From: Clostridiales bacterium
GTDB lineage: Bacteria; Bacillota; Clostridia; Saccharofermentanales; Saccharofermentanaceae
Direction of reading: 5' to 3'
Length of the DNA: 54,802 bases
Assembly: GCA_017513085.1 (NCBI GenBank)
Contig: JAFWDK010000020.1
Coordinates: 1-54,802 of the forward strand
Shown here: positions 31,100-41,289 of the stretch, piece by piece
Layout of the letters: every line of letters begins with the position of its first letter
How positions within the stretch are numbered: the stretch's first letter is position 1
Notes under the pieces: generated by a model
The model's database searches: none
What the model was told of the DNA's origin: nothing
The model's input: the letters and a program-made list of their open reading frames with translations, nothing else
Program-made: the position numbers and the translations under genes

Positions 31100-31333
31100 A
31101 TGACAAGTGAAAACAGAGCCATTATTGAAGAAGCAGTAGCAAAGAAGAGCACAAGCGCCGTTCTGACGGGAAAAGCAGTTACCGGTGCAGTAGGACTTAT
31201 CGGTGCGGCCGTATCGCTGGTTCTGATCGGAATAGGAATCTGTAAACATGACATGATGCAGGTCTTCGTATTTGGATTCACCGCACTGAGCGGCACAGCT
31301 TCGTTTATCCGCGCAATCAAGAGAGAAAAGTGA
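31100..31333 (+). CDS. Small two-TM membrane protein
   Basis: GGAGG RBS; two hydrophobic helices. Confidence 0.7.
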   Translation: MTSENRAIIEEAVAKKSTSAVLTGKAVTGAVGLIGAAVSLVLIGIGICKHDMMQVFVFGFTALSGTASFIRAIKREK

Positions 31334-31389
31334 CGAACACAACACCGAACAGTCTTTCGGAAACCAGGAAAGTCCGGTCTGATTAGGAC

Positions 31390-31745
31390 GATTACGGGTG
31401 AAAATGAAGAAATCGCGAATTCACCCGTAATCCGTTTCCGTGACGCCGGGTCGATTACGGGTGAAAATGAAAAAATGCCGAATTCACCCGTAATCCGTTT
31501 CCGTGACGCCGGGTCGATTACGGGTGAAAATGAAGAAATGCCGAATTCACCCGTAATCCGTTTCCGTGACGCCAGGTCGATTACGGGTGAAAATGAAAAA
31601 ATTGCGAATTCACCCGTAATCCGTTTCCGTGATGCCAGGTCAATTACGGGTGAAAATGAAGAAATGCCGAATTCACCCGTAATCCGTTTCCGTGACGCCG
31701 GGTCGATTACGGGTGAAAATGAAAAAATGCCGGATTCACCCGTAA
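31390..31745. repeat. Six 63-bp tandem units, each with palindrome ATTACGGGTGAA...TTCACCCGTAAT
   Basis: ATTACGGG at 31391, 31454, 31517, 31580, 31643, 31706. Confidence 0.95.
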
Positions 31746-31820
31746 ATTCGCCGATTAGCGGCGGCTAACTTGTTCCCGGCTGGGCGAACTTGGCTCGGTC
31801 ACAACACCTCACCCATAAGA

Positions 31821-31860
31821 GAAGGGTGCCTCACATCCATTGTGAAGGCACCCTTTCATT
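31821..31860. terminator. Hairpin between convergent genes
   Basis: GAAGGGTGCCTCACA/TGTGAAGGCACCCTTT stem. Confidence 0.65.
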
Positions 31861-31905
31861 GTTTCCATATTTCCCAGCAAAAGCAAAGCACTTGCCGTTT
31901 CTATA

Positions 31906-33726
31906 TCAGCCGCCAAAGTTCACTCGGTAGAACAGCTCATCGCAGGGAACGCCACTGACGGTTCCGGGATAATCGCTCTTATATGAGCAGGCGATATAGA
32001 CATCTTCCGCCGAAGGATCCAGGCTCAGCACTTTGAACTGGACAAGAGCCTGCTCCGGGTAGTACGCAACAAGCGCCAGAGAGGTTCCCTTCGGAAGTTC
32101 GATCTCATCACTGAATTCACCGGAATTGTAGTTGTATTGATATGCTTTGAAAGAACGCTTGGTCTCAAGACCTGTGCCGAAAGTGGTCAGGAAGGTCTTT
32201 GTTGCCGTAGGCATACCCTTCTTTCCAAGAAGCGTCATATCTGAATAAAGAACGTGCGTGCCGGCTACATCGTCGATGAAAGAGAATACAAACTCGCTTG
32301 GGTTCAGGAATGTTTCTTCATCCAAAGAAGAGCCATCAGCCTTCACGACATCGTCGATGTATTTGATTTTGCCGTTTTCCAGCTTTAATGCATAGCAGGC
32401 AAACCAGGCATCCTCTTCACAAACGGAAAGATAGATGTACTGGCCGTCGTCGGTCTGAACGAAATAGATACCATCGCAGTCACCGTAGGAATCCGGAAGA
32501 TCTTTGGAACTGCTGTAGAGCTGCTTGCCGTTCAAAGAAATCGTGAAAGAGAATCCCCAGTCATAACTGTCGGTCTCTGCGTTGACAGAAAGCGTATCCA
32601 TTTTGCCGTCACCATCGAAGTCCCAGCAGAACTGGCCATCCGGAGAAACCAGAGAGAAATATTGCGGCGTGTGACCGAAGAAATCCATGTTGAACAATGA
32701 CGGGTTGGCGATGGCATTGACCTTGATACTATGACGGGCCCAGGAGTCATTACCGTAAATGTGGAAGGTGATGCCGTCATAGGTAAGATTGAACTGGACC
32801 GAACCATCCTGGATCGCTTTCTTGGCATACTCGGTCAGTTCCGCTTTCGTTTCATCATCTGTATAGTGATCAAGAGCCTGGATGCCCTGGAGAACGAGAT
32901 CCGTAACAGCTGCTTTGTCCTTAACGACATCGTCCAGAGTAATATCCGCTCCGGTATCGGAAAGGAAGTTGTACGACTTGACCGTGCCATCTTCGAGAAG
33001 CGGGGATTCGGTTACGACAAAAGAAACGAACTGGTTGTCGAAACGATAGCGGTTTATCATGACATCGATGTATTGTGACTCATATTTGGTGCCTTTTTCG
33101 ATATAATCAGACAACTTCTTCAGAGCAATTTTGTATTTGGCCTCCGCATCGGAAATGTGCTCACTGAGAGCTTTTTCGACAGCTTTCTTGACGTTCGGGT
33201 ATTCATCGTCGTAGAAGGTGATATTTTCCGCTCGCAAGCTTGCTGCCAGACCGAAACCATATTCGGACTGGCCGTCGTTAAAGGTGTATGCCTTACCGTC
33301 GTATTGCGGATTGCTTGCGTTGAGGTACTTAAGATCCGTATCGAACATCTTGTCAGAAACGGACGGCTTGGAAGCAGGCGTCGGAGTTGGCGCAGATGTC
33401 GGCTTCGGCGTAGCGGTCGGAGTCGGCGTAGCACTCTCAGAACTTTCGGAACTCTCAGAACTCTCGGAGCTTTCGGAAGATTCAGAAGACTCCGAGGTAT
33501 CGGAAGAGGATTCTTCCGTTTCCGTAGCAGACTCTGTAGCAGATTCTGTCGGTTTTTCTGTGGTTTCTTCCGTTGATTCTGAAGTTTCCTCAGTATCAGA
33601 GGTTTCAGCTGTTGTTGCCGTATTGGATTCACGCGTGGTGCGTGTCGAAGATCTTGTCGATCTGCGGCAGCCTGCCAGGGACAAACACATGGTAAGACCA
33701 AGTAATGCAGAAATAACTTTTTTCAT
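31906..33726 (-). CDS. Lipoprotein paralog 4 (S/T/E-rich linker, DUF3298/RsiV-like region, DxDGDG motif)
   Basis: LAG-C lipobox, TRTTRES, ITLDDVVKD, FNLTYDGI, WDFDGDGK. Confidence 0.8.
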   Translation of the reverse strand: MKKVISALLGLTMCLSLAGCRRSTRSSTRTTRESNTATTAETSDTEETSESTEETTEKPTESATESATETEESSSDTSESSESSESSESSESSESSESATPTPTATPKPTSAPTPTPASKPSVSDKMFDTDLKYLNASNPQYDGKAYTFNDGQSEYGFGLAASLRAENITFYDDEYPNVKKAVEKALSEHISDAEAKYKIALKKLSDYIEKGTKYESQYIDVMINRYRFDNQFVSFVVTESPLLEDGTVKSYNFLSDTGADITLDDVVKDKAAVTDLVLQGIQALDHYTDDETKAELTEYAKKAIQDGSVQFNLTYDGITFHIYGNDSWARHSIKVNAIANPSLFNMDFFGHTPQYFSLVSPDGQFCWDFDGDGKMDTLSVNAETDSYDWGFSFTISLNGKQLYSSSKDLPDSYGDCDGIYFVQTDDGQYIYLSVCEEDAWFACYALKLENGKIKYIDDVVKADGSSLDEETFLNPSEFVFSFIDDVAGTHVLYSDMTLLGKKGMPTATKTFLTTFGTGLETKRSFKAYQYNYNSGEFSDEIELPKGTSLALVAYYPEQALVQFKVLSLDPSAEDVYIACSYKSDYPGTVSGVPCDELFYRVNFGG

Positions 33727-33836
33727 TTGAATTAATACTCCTTTTCTTATGATCAAAAAGAATAACCTTTTTTACTATACACCTTTTTCTTCGAAGCGGC
33801 ATATCGAATGTTGAATCCGCACTGGCACTGCGAGCA

Positions 33837-35591
33837 TCAGCCGCCGGGGTATACGATGTGTTTGAAAGCCTCAGAGATCAGGTGTCCGTCGATCTCGTAG
33901 TAATCAAATTCCGAATCCACGGATTCCAGTTTGAATGACACGAGTTCAGGATCACTGTCGTCCTGAGGGATCGTTTTCAAAACGAGAGTGGATGTATCCG
34001 GATTATAAGCGTAAGCAATAACCGGCGTGCCCTGCTTGATCGTTATCTTCGTATTGTCGTCGCTGTATTTCTGCCCGTTCAGGTCAACGGCCGGAATGTA
34101 CGGACCACTGAATCCGTAGTGGTATGTGTAGATCTGGTAGGGAACACCTTCGCCCTCCGTGGTGAAGAACTCATTTTCCATACGATTGCTGCCCAGGAGC
34201 ATGTAGTCAGTCCACATCGTGAAACTGTCCGGGTTTAGATAGGTATAGGAGACCGGCTTCCAGAAAAACAGGATGTCCCGGAAAACAAGAGACATGTCCT
34301 TGCCTTTGATCTCGAAGACAAACATCTCACTGTAACCATCGCCGGACTCCGCCATCAGGTACAGGAAATCGCCATCCTCAGTATGCATGATGAACGCATG
34401 CTTAACGACACCATGTGCTTTTTTATCGGTAAGATCCTTAAGGTCCGTGGTCTTGCCGTTAATAGTGATCTGTATGTCAAAAGAACCGTCGTCGTTATAC
34501 TTGGAATCCACATGGAAGGTGTCGTTTTGGCCGTCATAGTCGAGATCCCAAAGAAGATCCATGTTCCGGTCCAAGAATACCGTGAAATTGGCAGGCGTCG
34601 CCTGGAAATATTTCTGATCCGCAAGGGCGAGACCTTGGAGAGGAATCTTGACCCAATCGCCTTCGTATGGATCAGAGATCGAGTCGAAGACGAAGATGCC
34701 GTCGTAAGTCAGTCCGAAGGGGAAATCTTCGCCATACTTTCCGAGAAGGTCAGCCTTGGTCTCGTCGCTGCAGTATTTTCCGACAAGTTCGAAAAACGCA
34801 TCCTTGTCCGTGATAATGTCGTCGATCTCAATCGATTTGTCAGTATACACATCCACATTTATGACCACACTCTCGGCGTTACCGGTTTTGCGGTTGGCCC
34901 CGATAAGCGCAAGCGAAAGCATTTGCTGGTCCGCACGGAAAAGCTCTGTCTCGTAGAAGATTTCTTTCGACTCGAGTTTGTCCGGCGCTGTGGCGGCCGT
35001 CTTTTTAAACTCTTCTACGTTCTTGTCGTAGTTCTCCCGGTAGGAGTCAATGATCTGTTCGTACATGCTGTCGAGTTCTTCGGAGAAATCCTTATACTTA
35101 TCGTCACCGTTATAGATCTCATAATACGGGCAGATCAGCTTGACCATGGCCTGACCGACTTTGTCGTAAGTGCTTTCGTTATCTACGGCGTAGCATTCGA
35201 AATCGTAGTCGCGCTCGGCTTCCAGATCGTCCAGGACGGGGCCTCGGAGAGTAGAAGGATCCACACTGCCCGGCGCGGAAGACGGGTCGCTGCCTGACGG
35301 GTCAGAAGGATCCGAAGTGGAAGAGGAGGTCGGTTTGGTTGCCACAGTCGTAGCTTTGGTCGTTCCCTTCGTCGTCTCTTCGGTGGTTTCCTCTGTAGTT
35401 TCCTCTGTGGTCTCTTCGGTCGTTTCTTTCGAAGTTTTGGATGGCTTCTCGGTTTCCTCAGTTTCCTCAGTCGTGTTTTTTTTGGGCTCTCCGCTTTCAC
35501 GGATCGTACGTGTGCCATTCGGTTCCGACTTGCAGCCCGCTAACGAGAGGACCATCGATAATCCGAGAATGACCGAAATCAGTTTTTTCAT
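33837..35591 (-). CDS. Lipoprotein paralog 3
   Basis: LAG-C lipobox, TRTIRES, IEIDDIITD, FGLTYDGI, WDLDYDG. Confidence 0.8.
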   Translation of the reverse strand: MKKLISVILGLSMVLSLAGCKSEPNGTRTIRESGEPKKNTTEETEETEKPSKTSKETTEETTEETTEETTEETTKGTTKATTVATKPTSSSTSDPSDPSGSDPSSAPGSVDPSTLRGPVLDDLEAERDYDFECYAVDNESTYDKVGQAMVKLICPYYEIYNGDDKYKDFSEELDSMYEQIIDSYRENYDKNVEEFKKTAATAPDKLESKEIFYETELFRADQQMLSLALIGANRKTGNAESVVINVDVYTDKSIEIDDIITDKDAFFELVGKYCSDETKADLLGKYGEDFPFGLTYDGIFVFDSISDPYEGDWVKIPLQGLALADQKYFQATPANFTVFLDRNMDLLWDLDYDGQNDTFHVDSKYNDDGSFDIQITINGKTTDLKDLTDKKAHGVVKHAFIMHTEDGDFLYLMAESGDGYSEMFVFEIKGKDMSLVFRDILFFWKPVSYTYLNPDSFTMWTDYMLLGSNRMENEFFTTEGEGVPYQIYTYHYGFSGPYIPAVDLNGQKYSDDNTKITIKQGTPVIAYAYNPDTSTLVLKTIPQDDSDPELVSFKLESVDSEFDYYEIDGHLISEAFKHIVYPGG

Positions 35592-35615
35592 GAAGCGCCT
35601 CCTTCTCCTTTATGC

Positions 35616-35662
35616 GTTCAAATTATATGTTCGAATTATACGTTCAAGTTATATGTTCAAGT
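35616..35662. repeat. 13-bp tandem repeat GTTCRARTTATAY, about 3.6 copies
   Basis: GTTC at 35616, 35629, 35642, 35655. Confidence 0.8.
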
Positions 35663-35695
35663 CCTACGGCAATGCCGGAAAAACTGAGAATGTCA

Positions 35696-37474
35696 TCAGC
35701 CGGCATGAGAGACGTAGTAGAAAAGCTCATCTGCATCTATGCCCTGGATCGTGTAGGAATAGTCACCATCCTGGACCAGATCGAATTTGACGCAGTAACC
35801 ATCGTCTTCGACTTCTGTGCAGACATTAAAATAGATGGCGGAGTAATTGGAATCAAGAAGATACAGTGACAAGGTCGTGTCAGGCGCGATCGTGACATCC
35901 TCGATCTCCTCGCCGGTCGAGATATCGACCTTTTTACCCTTGATCTCCTGCTTGGTCGTAAATACAGTAGCGCTACCTTCCAGATAAGGATACAAGGGAT
36001 GCAGGATGCCCTCGCCGCCGATCAAGGACATGTACTGCCTCATGTATACAGTGCCGACAACTCCGAAATTGTAAAGTCCGACAGTGAAGTTGGCCGGGTC
36101 GATACAGAAAGCCTCCGTGAAGTCAGCCGGAACTTCGTCCTGAATGAAAGTCAAGCCGTTGCCTGTGATCTTGTAGACATACGCATACGTATAGACATCT
36201 TCCGGACAATACAACAAATACAGGTAATAGGACTCGCCGTCGTTGAAGACGACGAGATCTTCGTACGAGCTACCTTCAAAAATGTCGGTATTCGGCGCAT
36301 GGAAGATCGTACCGTTGATGTTGAGCTCGATATCCTTGATTTCATAGTAGTGATCCTCGTCATATACGGCACGTACGGTATCCGTTGTGCCATTCTCATC
36401 GAAATCCCACGTAATGGTCTCGTTAACGCTGTCCGGCTTCAGATTGAAACGCTCCGGCGCAGAACCGAAGAAGCTCATGTCAAAAATCTCCGGATGGTCT
36501 GCCGCACAGATCAGAAAATCGTAGTAGGCATTCGAAATGATAAAGTTGTTATAAGTCAGACCGAAAGCAACGTTTCCGCTCTCGATATCACTGAGCATCT
36601 GCGTTTCATTGGCAGGATCATGGAGAAGACCCGAAATGAGAGAAGCAAGTGCTTTTGGATCCTTAACGACATCCGAGTAATTGATCTTTTCGCCGGTCTG
36701 CGTGTAGAAAGCGAAGGACTCGTAAACGTAATCGTCGTGGTCGCCGACTGCGGTTTCGCCGATCACGGAGATGATCTGGCTGTCATTGCGGCACGGGTAT
36801 AAGAAGTAGTTGAAAGCAGACGAATCGAGTTTGGACATGTCCTGCTTTTCCTGTGCGATAAATGCTTCGCGGGCCGCATCGTACTGGTCAGCGACCGCAT
36901 TCTGCCTCGGGTTGATCGCGCCGTCGAGCACATTGAAAAGATCTTCATACGAGTCGTCGTTTCCTAAGTCAAAAGCATCGATGTAGCAGCGGACGTAATC
37001 GGGTGATAAGATGTCTTTTCCGCTATTCTTGTGCGTCGCGCCGTACACATAGAAGATCGGGAATACCTCGAAGTCGACATATTCCAGACTTCGGTCGACC
37101 TTGAACGAATCTTTGTGTGGGAGTACCTGGGCGGAAGGCGCGGAAGTATCCGAAGGTTCAGATGTCGTATCGGAAGTCGCCGAGGTCAGACTCTTGGTCG
37201 GTGTTTTGGCCGTGGTCGTATCTGCAGTTGTATCTTCAGTCGTATCCTCCGATGTTTCTTCCGTAGTGGTATCTTCGGTCGTTTCTTCGGTGGTCTCGGA
37301 CGGATCGTCGGTTTCATCCGTATCGTCCGTTTCTTCCGTGGTCGTTACCTTAGTCTTGTCGGCTGACTCCCGGATCGTCCGGGTCTCTTTTTTGTTGTCT
37401 TTGTCTTTGCAGCCCGTAACCGCCAAAGACAAAACCATCGACATGCCAAGGAGAAGAACAAGTGCTTTTTTCAT
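35696..37474 (-). CDS. Lipoprotein paralog 2
   Basis: VTG-C lipobox, TRTIRES, INYSDVVKD, FGLTYN, WDFDENG. Confidence 0.8.
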   Translation of the reverse strand: MKKALVLLLGMSMVLSLAVTGCKDKDNKKETRTIRESADKTKVTTTEETDDTDETDDPSETTEETTEDTTTEETSEDTTEDTTADTTTAKTPTKSLTSATSDTTSEPSDTSAPSAQVLPHKDSFKVDRSLEYVDFEVFPIFYVYGATHKNSGKDILSPDYVRCYIDAFDLGNDDSYEDLFNVLDGAINPRQNAVADQYDAAREAFIAQEKQDMSKLDSSAFNYFLYPCRNDSQIISVIGETAVGDHDDYVYESFAFYTQTGEKINYSDVVKDPKALASLISGLLHDPANETQMLSDIESGNVAFGLTYNNFIISNAYYDFLICAADHPEIFDMSFFGSAPERFNLKPDSVNETITWDFDENGTTDTVRAVYDEDHYYEIKDIELNINGTIFHAPNTDIFEGSSYEDLVVFNDGESYYLYLLYCPEDVYTYAYVYKITGNGLTFIQDEVPADFTEAFCIDPANFTVGLYNFGVVGTVYMRQYMSLIGGEGILHPLYPYLEGSATVFTTKQEIKGKKVDISTGEEIEDVTIAPDTTLSLYLLDSNYSAIYFNVCTEVEDDGYCVKFDLVQDGDYSYTIQGIDADELFYYVSHAG

Positions 37475-37513
37475 AGTCGAATACATCCTTTCAAATAATT
37501 TGATCTGTCAATA

Positions 37514-39274
37514 TCATCCCCACATATCCTGCTCGATGCCGTAGAATGCTTCGAAATCGGGAACGCCTGCGATAAGTGTGTTATAGTCTTCATCTTCGGT
37601 GACCTTGAAAACGTACTGTTCACCGATGGTGTTGGTGGTGGGGAGTTTCTCCAGCACGATCTCGCCGCGCTCAGGCGAATAGCCGACGATAGCGAAAGTC
37701 GTCTCTGCCGGAACGGTGACTTTTTTATCCGTAGGTTTGCCGAGAAAGTCTGCCATTACGCCGGCAAGCTCTTGCTTCGAGATCGGCCCCGGTGCGTAGG
37801 AGGTGTAGTATTCGCTAAGATTCGTCGGCAGGCCGTCGCCCTGTGTGAGCGAGACGGGCATATAGTTCAGATGGAACGAAAGCATGAAAGAGCGATAGTA
37901 AGTGTTACAAAAACTCGGATCCATGTAATACTTATCCTCGATGAATTCTCCGATAAAACCGCAGAACTCCGGCTCATTTTCACCGTTCAGACGGTACACA
38001 TACGTGTCTTCTTCGGCATCGGTCGCTTTGCAGGTGCAGTACAGGTTGTAGTTGTTGCCGTCAAATACGAGAAAAGCACGTTCGAAGTTGGCTGTCAGAT
38101 CGTTATCAGCCGGATCTGTAAACTCGTACGTTTGTCCGTTGATCCCGATGACAAGCTTGGCGGAAGGGAAGTCGTATCCATCCTTGGTATACTCCTCGAA
38201 GCTGACTTTCAAAACATCCGCCTTGCCGTCGCCCGTCACGTCCTTGGAAAGCGTCTGGTCGACATCGAAGAAAAGCGTGTAAACATCCGGCGTCTTGCCG
38301 AAATAGTCCATGTTCACCAGGTCCTCGTGGCCGGCGACCGGGATCTTGAGCCAGATCTGGGAAGAAAACAAATCGGGATTATAGAGATAGATGCCGTCGT
38401 AAGTAAGACCGAAGGCGGCTTCACCGTCCGAAAAATCGTGCGCGATCATCTTGGCCGTATCGCTTCCGAAAAAGGAGGCGAAAACTCTTTCCTCTACGAC
38501 CTTTGCAAAAGCACTTCTGTCTTTGACCACGTCGTCGATCGTGAGTGGGGCCTGAGTCTTGGTATTGTAGTTATAAGTGTAGATCTCGCCGCAGTTGATG
38601 ATGGCAAAAGAAACGATCTGACTGTCCGTGCGGAAGCGATCGAGCGAATAGTCGAAGGTGTCGGATTCGGGGCTGGTGCCTGCGGCGTCCGCTTTATTCA
38701 GATCTTCGACACACTTGTTATACTCGCTTGTTTTCGAAGCGATAAGCGGATCGAATATTTCCTCGTAGAGTTTCTCTTCGAAGTCGGAATAATTCTTGTC
38801 GTTGAAGTGAAGGAACGGGCAGTCCAGCGTGCTTGTCGCACTCTTGCCGTTATCGGAAGTCTTGTCTTTCACGACAGTGCCCTTCCGGATATGGTCGACA
38901 TAACTGAGAAGATAAGCGGGGACTTCATTCGGATCTGCCGACGGGTTCGTACCGGATGACTCCGACGTGTCTGAAGTGTCCGATGTATCCGATGTCTCTG
39001 ACGTTTCGGATGTCTCGGATGTCTCGGATTCGGATCCTGAGGTTTCTTTTGTGGTATCTTCGGAAGAAGCACTGGTCGGAGTTTCCGTGGTTTCCTCGGT
39101 AGTCTCTTCCGTGGTCTCCTCGGAGGTCTCTTCGGTAGTCTCCGTCTTGGAGGTGGAAGATTCTTCCGGATCTTTGGTTTCGCGTGTAGTTCTGGTGCCG
39201 GAAGGTTCACGTCTGCATGAACACATGGATAACACCAAAACCGCGCTAAGGATCAGCGCAATTTGTTTCTTCAT
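37514..39274 (-). CDS. Lipoprotein paralog 1
   Basis: MCS-C lipobox-like, TRTTRET, LTIDDVVKD, FGLTYDGI, DVTGDG. Confidence 0.8.
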   Translation of the reverse strand: MKKQIALILSAVLVLSMCSCRREPSGTRTTRETKDPEESSTSKTETTEETSEETTEETTEETTETPTSASSEDTTKETSGSESETSETSETSETSDTSDTSDTSESSGTNPSADPNEVPAYLLSYVDHIRKGTVVKDKTSDNGKSATSTLDCPFLHFNDKNYSDFEEKLYEEIFDPLIASKTSEYNKCVEDLNKADAAGTSPESDTFDYSLDRFRTDSQIVSFAIINCGEIYTYNYNTKTQAPLTIDDVVKDRSAFAKVVEERVFASFFGSDTAKMIAHDFSDGEAAFGLTYDGIYLYNPDLFSSQIWLKIPVAGHEDLVNMDYFGKTPDVYTLFFDVDQTLSKDVTGDGKADVLKVSFEEYTKDGYDFPSAKLVIGINGQTYEFTDPADNDLTANFERAFLVFDGNNYNLYCTCKATDAEEDTYVYRLNGENEPEFCGFIGEFIEDKYYMDPSFCNTYYRSFMLSFHLNYMPVSLTQGDGLPTNLSEYYTSYAPGPISKQELAGVMADFLGKPTDKKVTVPAETTFAIVGYSPERGEIVLEKLPTTNTIGEQYVFKVTEDEDYNTLIAGVPDFEAFYGIEQDMWG

Positions 39275-39366
39275 ATTCTTTCTCCTATACTTTCACATGT
39301 TCCCGATTGTGTTACGTATGGCGTCATGAAGACCGGTGTTATTTCCAAAAGAAATGGTTGATCAGG

Positions 39367-39681
39367 TTAATCTTCTGAATCGCTCGGCGATGCTTCTCCG
39401 GCAGAATCAAGCTCTGCCCGGTACTTGGCCAACTCTTCCTTATACTTCTCTATGATCACAGAAGAGATCTTCTCGCGGAACTCCGAATTGATCGGATGGA
39501 CGATGTCCTTATAATCTCCCTCCATGGTCTTTCTGCTGGGCATGGCAACAAACAGGCCATTTGCCCCTTCAATAACTTTGATATCATGTACGGCAAACAT
39601 ATCGTCAAGTGTGATCGACACGACTGCGCGCATACGGTTTTCAAAGGTTAACTTTCGTACAACAACTCCAGTAATCTCCAT
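39367..39681 (-). CDS. spoVG: Septation regulator SpoVG
   Basis: [22 protein letters not shown]...YKDIVHPIN. Confidence 0.95.
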   Translation of the reverse strand: MEITGVVVRKLTFENRMRAVVSITLDDMFAVHDIKVIEGANGLFVAMPSRKTMEGDYKDIVHPINSEFREKISSVIIEKYKEELAKYRAELDSAGEASPSDSED

Positions 39682-39846
39682 GTTGCTCCCCCTTTAGGAA
39701 CGACGTATTAAACAACCCCATGTTAACACAGACTAAGCATAACACAATTTGACAACTTTTTCACTTGTAAAAAAACGGTAAGTTTAGAAAAAGAGAAAGT
39801 AGGGTATAATAGCATAGGAAAAATAATGATGCGAGGATAATGAAAC

Positions 39847-41286
39847 ATGGGCATGAAGGAACTGCTTTCGGGCAAGAAAGTATTCTTTGTAGGAATCGGT
39901 GGAATCAGTATGAGCGGTCTGGCAAGGATCGCACAGAATTACGGACTTGTGGTCGCAGGATCGGATATGCATCCGTCGGAGCGTACCGCAGAGCTGGAGA
40001 AGATCGGCATCACCGTTTTCGGCAAGCACAGTGAGGAGAACATCATTTCTTTTGCTCCGGACATCGTAGTCCATACAGCAGCGATCCTTCCCGGAAACCC
40101 TGAGCTCGCATACGCAAGAGAACATGGCCTGGAGGTCATGGAGCGCTCAGTATTCCTGGGCCTCATCACGAAGAATTTCCAGAACGTGATCAATGTCTCC
40201 GGCACGCACGGCAAGACGACCACGACATCCATGTTGTCGCTGATCCTTCTGGCCAGCGGCCTGAACCCGACCGTACATCTCGGCGCCGAACTGGGTGCTT
40301 TTGGAGGATCCGTACATCTCGGATCCAAGGACCAGCTCCTGGTTTCCGAAGCCTGTGAATACCATAGATCTTTCCTGGAGTTCTACTCTACGATCGCTGC
40401 GATCACGAATATCGACCACGACCACGTGGACTGCTATCCGACGATCGACGATGTCATCGATGTATTTGCGCAGTTCTCCGAGAAGATCTCCGCTGACGGC
40501 AACCTTGTCATTCCGGCCGGGGACAAGAATGTCGCCGAGTCCGTGAAGCGTATGCCGAAATACAGAGACGCGCTTGGCCTTCCGATGCCGCACATCACGA
40601 CGACCGGTTTTGCCGGAGAAGGCGTCGATGTGTATGGACGAGAGCCGGATTTCTGCGCGGACAATATCGAATATAAAGACGGATGCGCCGGTTTTGACGT
40701 GCTCTACAAGGGCCGTCCGTATACACATATCCAGCTGGCGATCCCCGGAAAACATAATGTCTATAACGCCCTGACCGCAATCGCTTGCGCATCTCTTGCC
40801 GGCGGTACAAAAGAAGCGGCGCAGCGCGCGCTCGCCGAGTTTACCGGCGCGGAGGGACGTTTTACCATCAAGGGTACTTTTAAGGGTGCAAAGATCGTTA
40901 CCGACTACGCCCACCATCCAAGCGCGGCAAGAGCGACGCTCGATGCCGCCTCACATGTCCCGCACAAGAAGACATGGGTCGTCTTTCAGCCACTGACATT
41001 TAACCGCACGCAGATGCTTTTCGAAGATTACGTAACATCGCTTCTGCCTTGTGAATCTGTCTTCTTTGACGAGATCTTCTCTGACCGTGAAATCAATCCC
41101 GGCACGATCTCTTCCAAGGACATTGCCGACGAGATCAATAGAAGAGGCGGTAACGCGATCTTCTTCCCGTCCAAAGATGCTATCGTGGAGAAACTTTCCA
41201 AGTGCGTCCAGCCGGATGACATGATCCTGATCCTGGGACCGGAGGATATCCGTTCGCTGGGTGACAGACTGGCGGCGATGGAGTGA
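39847..41286 (+). CDS. murC: UDP-N-acetylmuramate--L-alanine ligase
   Basis: GIGGISMSG, GTHGKTTTT, EACEY, TNIDHDH, DYAHHP. Confidence 0.95.
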   Translation: MGMKELLSGKKVFFVGIGGISMSGLARIAQNYGLVVAGSDMHPSERTAELEKIGITVFGKHSEENIISFAPDIVVHTAAILPGNPELAYAREHGLEVMERSVFLGLITKNFQNVINVSGTHGKTTTTSMLSLILLASGLNPTVHLGAELGAFGGSVHLGSKDQLLVSEACEYHRSFLEFYSTIAAITNIDHDHVDCYPTIDDVIDVFAQFSEKISADGNLVIPAGDKNVAESVKRMPKYRDALGLPMPHITTTGFAGEGVDVYGREPDFCADNIEYKDGCAGFDVLYKGRPYTHIQLAIPGKHNVYNALTAIACASLAGGTKEAAQRALAEFTGAEGRFTIKGTFKGAKIVTDYAHHPSAARATLDAASHVPHKKTWVVFQPLTFNRTQMLFEDYVTSLLPCESVFFDEIFSDREINPGTISSKDIADEINRRGGNAIFFPSKDAIVEKLSKCVQPDDMILILGPEDIRSLGDRLAAME

Positions 41287-41289
41287 TCC

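Noticed and set aside
31390-31745. CRISPR array call for the 63-bp repeats (also 50458-50811)
   Set aside because: Inter-palindrome segments are near-identical rather than unique spacers, and no cas genes are in the window
31475-31768. Repeat-peptide ORF (also 50322-50651, 50544-50786)
   Set aside because: Open frames follow from the 63-bp period; no clear RBS and no protein-like features
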